The notes under the pieces are model-generated. The model was not told the origin of the DNA and did not search any database. It worked only from the letters and a program-made list of their open reading frames with translations. From positions 1 through 11,281 of the forward strand of contig JAUQYZ020000070.1 of NCBI GenBank assembly GCA_030587475.2: a stretch of DNA of 11,281 nt, written 5' to 3'. The DNA comes from Candidatus Sigynarchaeum calidifontis. GTDB lineage: Archaea > Asgardarchaeota > Lokiarchaeia > Sigyniarchaeales > Sigyniarchaeaceae. Position 1 is the first letter of the stretch, and the number at the start of each line of letters is the position of its first letter. The position numbers and the translations under genes were made by a program. Positions 8,301-11,281 of the stretch are shown in pieces.

Positions 8301-11265
8301 CGCCTTCGAGCCATCGTTGGCCGTGGATCCAACAGGACTCGCATCATGGCTATTGTACCTGACTTTCACGTTCTTATTCCTGATCTTGCTCAACTTGCTC
8401 CTTAACAAGACGTTGCCGGGGCGGGCTTACCTGATCTACCAGTTTTCGCTGTACATGGCATTCCAGCTCTTCTTATCGCTTTCGTGGACGAGATTATTGC
8501 CATCCTATGGCCCTGTTGGCCTGATTTCCATCACCGGGCTCGCTCTCATCGAGACCTTTCTCGCATTCGTCCCGTTCCATTTCGTGCTCCACGGCATGAT
8601 GAAGCGAGTAGCAAGCAGGCGATCATTTTCGGCGCTTGCGCTGCTCGTGTATCTCGAAGTCTCGTTTTTGGTATATGCCGGGCCGGCCCTAGCACTTGGC
8701 ACGGTCGAGAGCGTACTCCTCGGGCTCGGTTGCATGTTCGTGATCTCGCTCGTCGATTTCCACGGAATTAAATGCATCAAGCCGTCGGTCACCTGGGGAC
8801 TCAACCTGGCATCGTACGTGCCGTTCATGCTGACATTGTTGCTCACTTGGACCGAAAACTTGCCTGTGATCGGCCCTGTCGGCCTCGTTTCGATCCTTGG
8901 CCTCGCGCTGGTCGAGACTGCTCTCGCGTTCTACGTGATCCACGTCATCAGGCACCGGCTCGCGAAGCGGCCTTTCTCGCGGCGGCCTTTCGCGTGGTTG
9001 ATGATTCCCATCTACGCCGAGCTGTCGTTCTTGGCATTTGCCGTGACCGCCCTGGTACGCGGCTCGACGGAGAGCGCCTTGAACGGGTTCATCGCCTTAT
9101 TTTTCCTCACCATACTGGAGATCTATGTCGTCAAGTGCGTCAGCTCCAAGATTGGTTACGTGCTCAACATGGTTGCCTACATCCCCTTCATGGCCACGCT
9201 CGCGATCGAGATGCTTGGAACGTTTCCCGCGGCAATTTCCGGAATCGGCCTTGTCTCGATCGCCGTTTTCCTCCTCGTCGAAACGCTTCTTGGCCTTTAT
9301 TTGCTACACGTGGTTCGCCACCGGTTGCTGGCAAAGCCCTTTGATAAATCCGCCTTTACCATCCTCACCCTCCCCATCTATTTCGAGATCTCGTTCATCG
9401 CATATGCATCTGCGACGCTTGCCCTCGACACGAACGGCAGCATACTCACCGCCCTCGGCGTGTTGTTCACCTTGACACTTTTGGACGTGCACGGGATCCG
9501 ATGCCTCAAGCCCGGTATCGGTTATGTCCTTAACCTGGCATCCTATCTTCCGTTAATGATCACGTTCGCGATAGGCTGGGTAGAAAATCTCCCGGTCGGC
9601 ATCGAAGGAATCGCTTTGCTCTCCTCAGGCATCCTCGCCCTTCTGGAAACCTTGCTCGCCATTTACCCGTTCCACATCATCCATGATATTCTCTTGAAAC
9701 GAAAGATAAAATGGCGGGCATTCGGGCCATTGTTCGCCCTTCTTTACATCGAGATCGCTATCATCGCTTATGCCGGCATGTCGCTCGTTCTTGGTATGAC
9801 TGGTGGTATATTCTCCGCATTCGCGTGCTTGTTCGTGCTTGCTATCATCGAATCATACGGGGTCAAGTGTATGAAGCCGGAATTCGCGCGGCTGCTCGTC
9901 GTTCTCGGATGGCTGCCGTTGACAGTGATAAGTTATATGCTCGTTTCCGCGGTTGCCGCCAGTTCCCGCGGGCCCTTTATGTCCACCATCGCCGCCTTTC
10001 TCGTGCTCCAGCAGTACACGAACCGCGCGATCATCACCATGTTGATAGCTTTTTCGCCATCGCGCGACAAGGCACTTGGCAAGGCCAGGGAGATAGCAAG
10101 GCGACTGATTGGATTGGGAATCTACGCATTCGTGTTCCTCGCCTTGCAGGCCTTCGTCAGCGAGGCGGGTTTCGGCACGATAACCCAGTCCTTGGCTATC
10201 AGCTTCGCAGCGTTCATCTTGTCGCTGCTGGACCGCGCCGGGCTAAACTGCTTCGGGAAATGGTTAGCGACGGCCATGACCGAGATTTGCTGGATCCTGT
10301 TTTCGGTAGCCTTGACGAGTGGTGTTATATGGTTATTCGGCTCCACGCCCGCGCTGATGCCGATCATAGCGATCAGCATCGACCTCGAGGCTGCCGCGGC
10401 CGTGGGTTTTTTGAAAGACTTCAAAACGAAAAAGTACGGCGCGCGGTCGAGGCTCGCTTACCGCATACTCATCGTGTATTTGTACATCATCATCAGCACG
10501 TGGCCTAACTTCCTCTGGGCAAATCAACCGTTGATCGACACGTGGCTGGTATTTGGCTCGATACTGCTCTTCGATCTTTTCCTTCGCGGCGACGTGAAAG
10601 GTGCGCGGGCGATGCCTGGCAAGGTTGCACGCGCCTTGATTCGCGCGGATGATATTACCATTTGCTGCTGGCTCGGAGTGCTAGCCTACCAGGGCTTGCA
10701 ATCTATCCCGGGGAGCATCCCTTTCGTTTCCTTCATGCTCTCGTCCGTCATTGGCATCACGTTCCTCTACATCCCGCTCCAGCCGTTCAAGAGGGGAGGT
10801 TTTTTCAAGCAAGTTTACTGGACGGCTTTCAGCATCGCGTGCGCAACGCTCACGACAACGACATCGTTTTATTACGCACCTGTCCCGAGATACGTGCATT
10901 TCCTTTTCGGCGGGCTCGTGTTCTTCTTGCTATTCCGCGTGGTTCTCGAACGCAAGGATCGCAGCCCGACCGGGCGGTTCCTAATTAACCTCATATATTA
11001 TATCGTGATTTATTCTTTTGTCGCTGGAATACTCCTTGGCTTCACCAACGTCACGCTGATAATGGCGCTGCTGGTAATCATCATCTTCGGTGCGATCTTA
11101 TCTGGGATGGTGTATTTCTACGAAAAACGAGGGACGATCTCCATGAAATGGCGTCTCTTCACGAGCATCACGTTGATCTGCCTCATCGGCGTTTTTATGC
11201 TCTTCCTGGTGTTATGGGCATCAGGTGTACCCCAGCCACGAGGCATTATTACATTGGCGGGGTGA
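2398..11265 (+). CDS. Giant polytopic membrane protein of unknown function (~2955 aa, ~90-95 predicted TM helices, internal 4-TM tandem repeats)
   Basis: The 8.9-kb frame has no stops (ORF track 2329..11265). The first in-frame ATG is at 2398, after a G-rich RBS-like motif and downstream of the TATA-like box. The translation is a near-continuous series of 17-24-residue hydrophobic segments separated by loops that are mostly under 35 aa. No enzyme, NTPase or known transporter motif is recognisable. Confidence 0.92.
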   Translation: MAPNTTQGNNLEKITNRAWRTWWFLFYLLIIPATTAFVSFFMSNYLSGNTYFSINFTTILTLASIFAVYKRFDKYLEKPILKNDASNASFRVHAPFFFSMVALVSAFVILVFTVEQQLFKPLPIIALGVVYSFTWLYYRWKPIDHVDPVNKAFKHAPTFAGAAKNFHNVVVFFHLAFQFAMISFYMSNPLLWGGIGIPINIAFWIAGIKVTAGTRKLLQGGLLAGNDVTVHFAMFKKQFAQVMIAACASFILIIIFYPLIVAPGLLDYFPWFMLFIYGLVIAGVLLVKAEAYVAIYFNKQINVLSGSEHVIDGVMTRLNKASIGATAVLIATSFIMGFVPGIPLATPITVAAVYAMVLGERKAKLVESWWYSLSHLANTICLIASISFGVLPSLSLFKIPVIIQAAVFVVSLYTSIECYCGVKYFKKHRISELQDAMAVCSFAVVAYSFYEILLDSYLQIAGITSIGGIFTAGTFMGFFISGIVLLLTLYRFYWTRGHGRTSRGLKIAFSFAFAWIGTALTALFMLDGPHLVIHDPVNLTCWTVMWWAGTFILFVAGNNSFGIYFQRDVADTAYRASIAFIIAIPTLIIYNLPTFSPILAATIALTFTMGYYIKWGARLGKVTVSAHENYLRCARPVLVCQMLAMQLGWYIQAGLDPILASYIAVMATASICTLFMQTDFFKWKVSKWLDIVALYFTSVMIFKGLHIAAWRTPYVYLVPLLVSALFTFLPLYFTFASLKSKAMFSRAAFANSLLITVLLLALPTAIMVDLESRFHLSFNVFADLFYTLLLALTVFFAFSGALTGLRVKPSYIKPFKWGTVVSMAGISVFGAATLYSIIARAVNAATLPATISLSFTLFFAMNFITVAILHGYQLTSKQVMTTATRIVYFSFVISLSLLFTQLLQRVYPISAFPVNLNFLGISWYVLFFALFALTLSSIPRFAVPDIKPHVIERVFATSCWILLDGFGCLYIAGFLATGTLLGFGTLLVMLIACTAPATRFFLRDAGMRSNPKERAMGTAAKYAFLASSLAFLLERARIGGLLPATTTNLLLYILLLSNIASYGLLFAAMINQRGTRFSSLIGGALVLVLALAFLPSWGNIICAIVAFGSTAKVGGTNEKIRWIRTAMLSTVLFSVIIWFQVATMSGITPSFMAQGHIIEFTACIFTAVVYGIATTVGKKSLVEGNVASMLGGLLVFQLLLTFTPTSIFHSANIMVIVYLSLMAIYFNKAGSVKKYAMLKALTIVSVIYLVTGTCSLVFNRPALDGVNFTLSFLATYNALAFIIIRFFKPFMLKHRKSTLAPMLAAFNVFIPAFVFLLFTYYAVIPIDQPILVLLCVDLSFFLCFLSIGVFRWNLTKEVWKVGWWLWLVFPIINFQLVFEAVQGVDVVKGLNLFSIADMPGSIIITLIIISAMYLPVVRYKIQRYFYPAMLVIWAESLLMIDWVVQNVFASSLALSTLSFLVIGTGLLLPLFYKWRAWRAMAIAWAFLTGSNVMFMHLVLMDTGISTGFIFSIELIVTSILGMLYSAIPKSPARRPLLVASYTSLLAGMWSTVYFTIYEVTRHAFISVNIAFIALAFGLFSSRFLKVNQVTTRALIAFILMANLSLLTFNTLALVHGFVVLATFAGITVFGGSFYTMNQYKMVFHVDKRIPWSILGIGSALSASSLVVSAWQAPPMIVGFVFSLTAGFFFYKDFLVQVKAAFIPLPLTFLAEQLFVALLPGQNLIAILLFSTCYLAIFQVVANAGAKLDPAKLQGVDMSRLTTLLPRLNLVIFLANSMQISAVISMLLAAPVVLTLVLPFFLICCQSFAIRKGIAGKSTRVAAFMTAASTLLHASIAASIMFLFPIPAISTLLPPDIATILAKTTVFMTSMFVQLAWLDMGMFKIMVARTRFALMLLSYAMAFNFIAIYLYINHADPSLLALSLCALNVLTMHLWQLAFPARKIAARNLKRVLYNGILASGASFASRWVAFEPSLAVDPTGLASWLLYLTFTFLFLILLNLLLNKTLPGRAYLIYQFSLYMAFQLFLSLSWTRLLPSYGPVGLISITGLALIETFLAFVPFHFVLHGMMKRVASRRSFSALALLVYLEVSFLVYAGPALALGTVESVLLGLGCMFVISLVDFHGIKCIKPSVTWGLNLASYVPFMLTLLLTWTENLPVIGPVGLVSILGLALVETALAFYVIHVIRHRLAKRPFSRRPFAWLMIPIYAELSFLAFAVTALVRGSTESALNGFIALFFLTILEIYVVKCVSSKIGYVLNMVAYIPFMATLAIEMLGTFPAAISGIGLVSIAVFLLVETLLGLYLLHVVRHRLLAKPFDKSAFTILTLPIYFEISFIAYASATLALDTNGSILTALGVLFTLTLLDVHGIRCLKPGIGYVLNLASYLPLMITFAIGWVENLPVGIEGIALLSSGILALLETLLAIYPFHIIHDILLKRKIKWRAFGPLFALLYIEIAIIAYAGMSLVLGMTGGIFSAFACLFVLAIIESYGVKCMKPEFARLLVVLGWLPLTVISYMLVSAVAASSRGPFMSTIAAFLVLQQYTNRAIITMLIAFSPSRDKALGKAREIARRLIGLGIYAFVFLALQAFVSEAGFGTITQSLAISFAAFILSLLDRAGLNCFGKWLATAMTEICWILFSVALTSGVIWLFGSTPALMPIIAISIDLEAAAAVGFLKDFKTKKYGARSRLAYRILIVYLYIIISTWPNFLWANQPLIDTWLVFGSILLFDLFLRGDVKGARAMPGKVARALIRADDITICCWLGVLAYQGLQSIPGSIPFVSFMLSSVIGITFLYIPLQPFKRGGFFKQVYWTAFSIACATLTTTTSFYYAPVPRYVHFLFGGLVFFLLFRVVLERKDRSPTGRFLINLIYYIVIYSFVAGILLGFTNVTLIMALLVIIIFGAILSGMVYFYEKRGTISMKWRLFTSITLICLIGVFMLFLVLWASGVPQPRGIITLAG
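8509..9969 (+). repeat. Four tandem intragenic protein repeats of 121-122 aa (363/366/366 bp period), each with 4 TM helices
   Basis: Units start at 8509 (GPVGLISITGLALIET), 8872 (GPVGLVSILGLALVET), 9238 (SGIGLVSIAVFLLVET) and 9604 (EGIALLSSGILALLET). The conserved Glu codons are at 8551, 8914, 9280 and 9646. The conserved Cys codons are at 8773, 9136, 9502 and 9868, with the same spacing. Confidence 0.93.
9970..10350 (+). repeat. Degenerate fifth copy of the 4-TM repeat
   Basis: FILSLLDRAGLNCFGK aligns with FTLTLLDVHGIRCLKP and FVISLVDFHGIKCIKP. Its Cys codon at 10249 is 381 bp after the previous one. The first half of the unit is poorly conserved. Confidence 0.6.
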
Positions 11266-11281
11266 ACGAACACGAGCGAGA
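11262..11281 (+). CDS. Possible start of a translationally coupled downstream gene (partial)
   Basis: A GTG at 11262 overlaps the TGA stop in a GTGA arrangement, and the frame stays open to the window edge (MNEHER...). No terminator-like T tract follows the stop, but only 6 codons are visible. Confidence 0.25.

Noticed and set aside
8509-9969. Repeat block as an assembly artefact or CRISPR-like DNA repeat
   Set aside because: The copies are strongly diverged at DNA level with only short identical stretches, stay in frame and conserve protein motifs. This indicates genuine old intragenic duplications.
2529-10988. Many 60-265 aa alternative-frame and antisense ORFs within the giant gene (e.g. 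4845..5609, 9711..10508, 2725..3324)
   Set aside because: Their Arg/His-rich or Asp/Glu-rich compositions are what shifted or antisense reading of hydrophobic codons with C/G third positions produces. There is no independent evidence of coding.
2398-11265. Assignment as Piezo, an MFS/ABC/RND transporter, an Mrp/NADH dehydrogenase subunit or an oligosaccharyltransferase
   Set aside because: I found no family signature, nucleotide-binding domain, large extracytoplasmic domain or WWDYG-type motif. Only the 4-TM repeat architecture is Piezo-like, which is not evidence of homology.
115-11265. DUF4838 enzyme and giant membrane protein as one polysaccharide utilisation or export system
   Set aside because: Divergent adjacency is the only link. 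There are no sugar-binding, glycosyltransferase or transporter motifs in the giant protein, so this needs synteny evidence.

Overview
The window holds three protein-coding elements and looks archaeal. An Asgard (Lokiarchaeia/Sigynarchaeota-like) origin is my inference, not a database result. (1) The last 11 codons of a + strand gene end in a CPNCG zinc-ribbon knuckle (1..36). (2) A convergent - strand gene encodes a 695-aa DUF4838-family putative glycoside hydrolase with a GH67N/GH20b-like N-domain, no signal peptide and an extra C-terminal tail (115..2202). (3) Across a ~195-bp divergent intergenic region with TATA-like boxes lies one uninterrupted 8.9-kb ORF (probable start ATG 2398, 2955 aa). 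Its product is almost entirely membrane-embedded. By manual count it has about 90-95 transmembrane helices in helical hairpins, with alternating basic and short non-basic loops and no soluble domain. It contains four clear tandem repeats of a 121-122-aa, 4-TM unit, plus at least one degenerate copy. The repeats conserve two intramembrane Glu, a His pair and a juxtamembrane Cys. This giant repeat-built membrane protein is the main candidate for an undescribed system. I found no RNA genes, CRISPR arrays or mobile elements.
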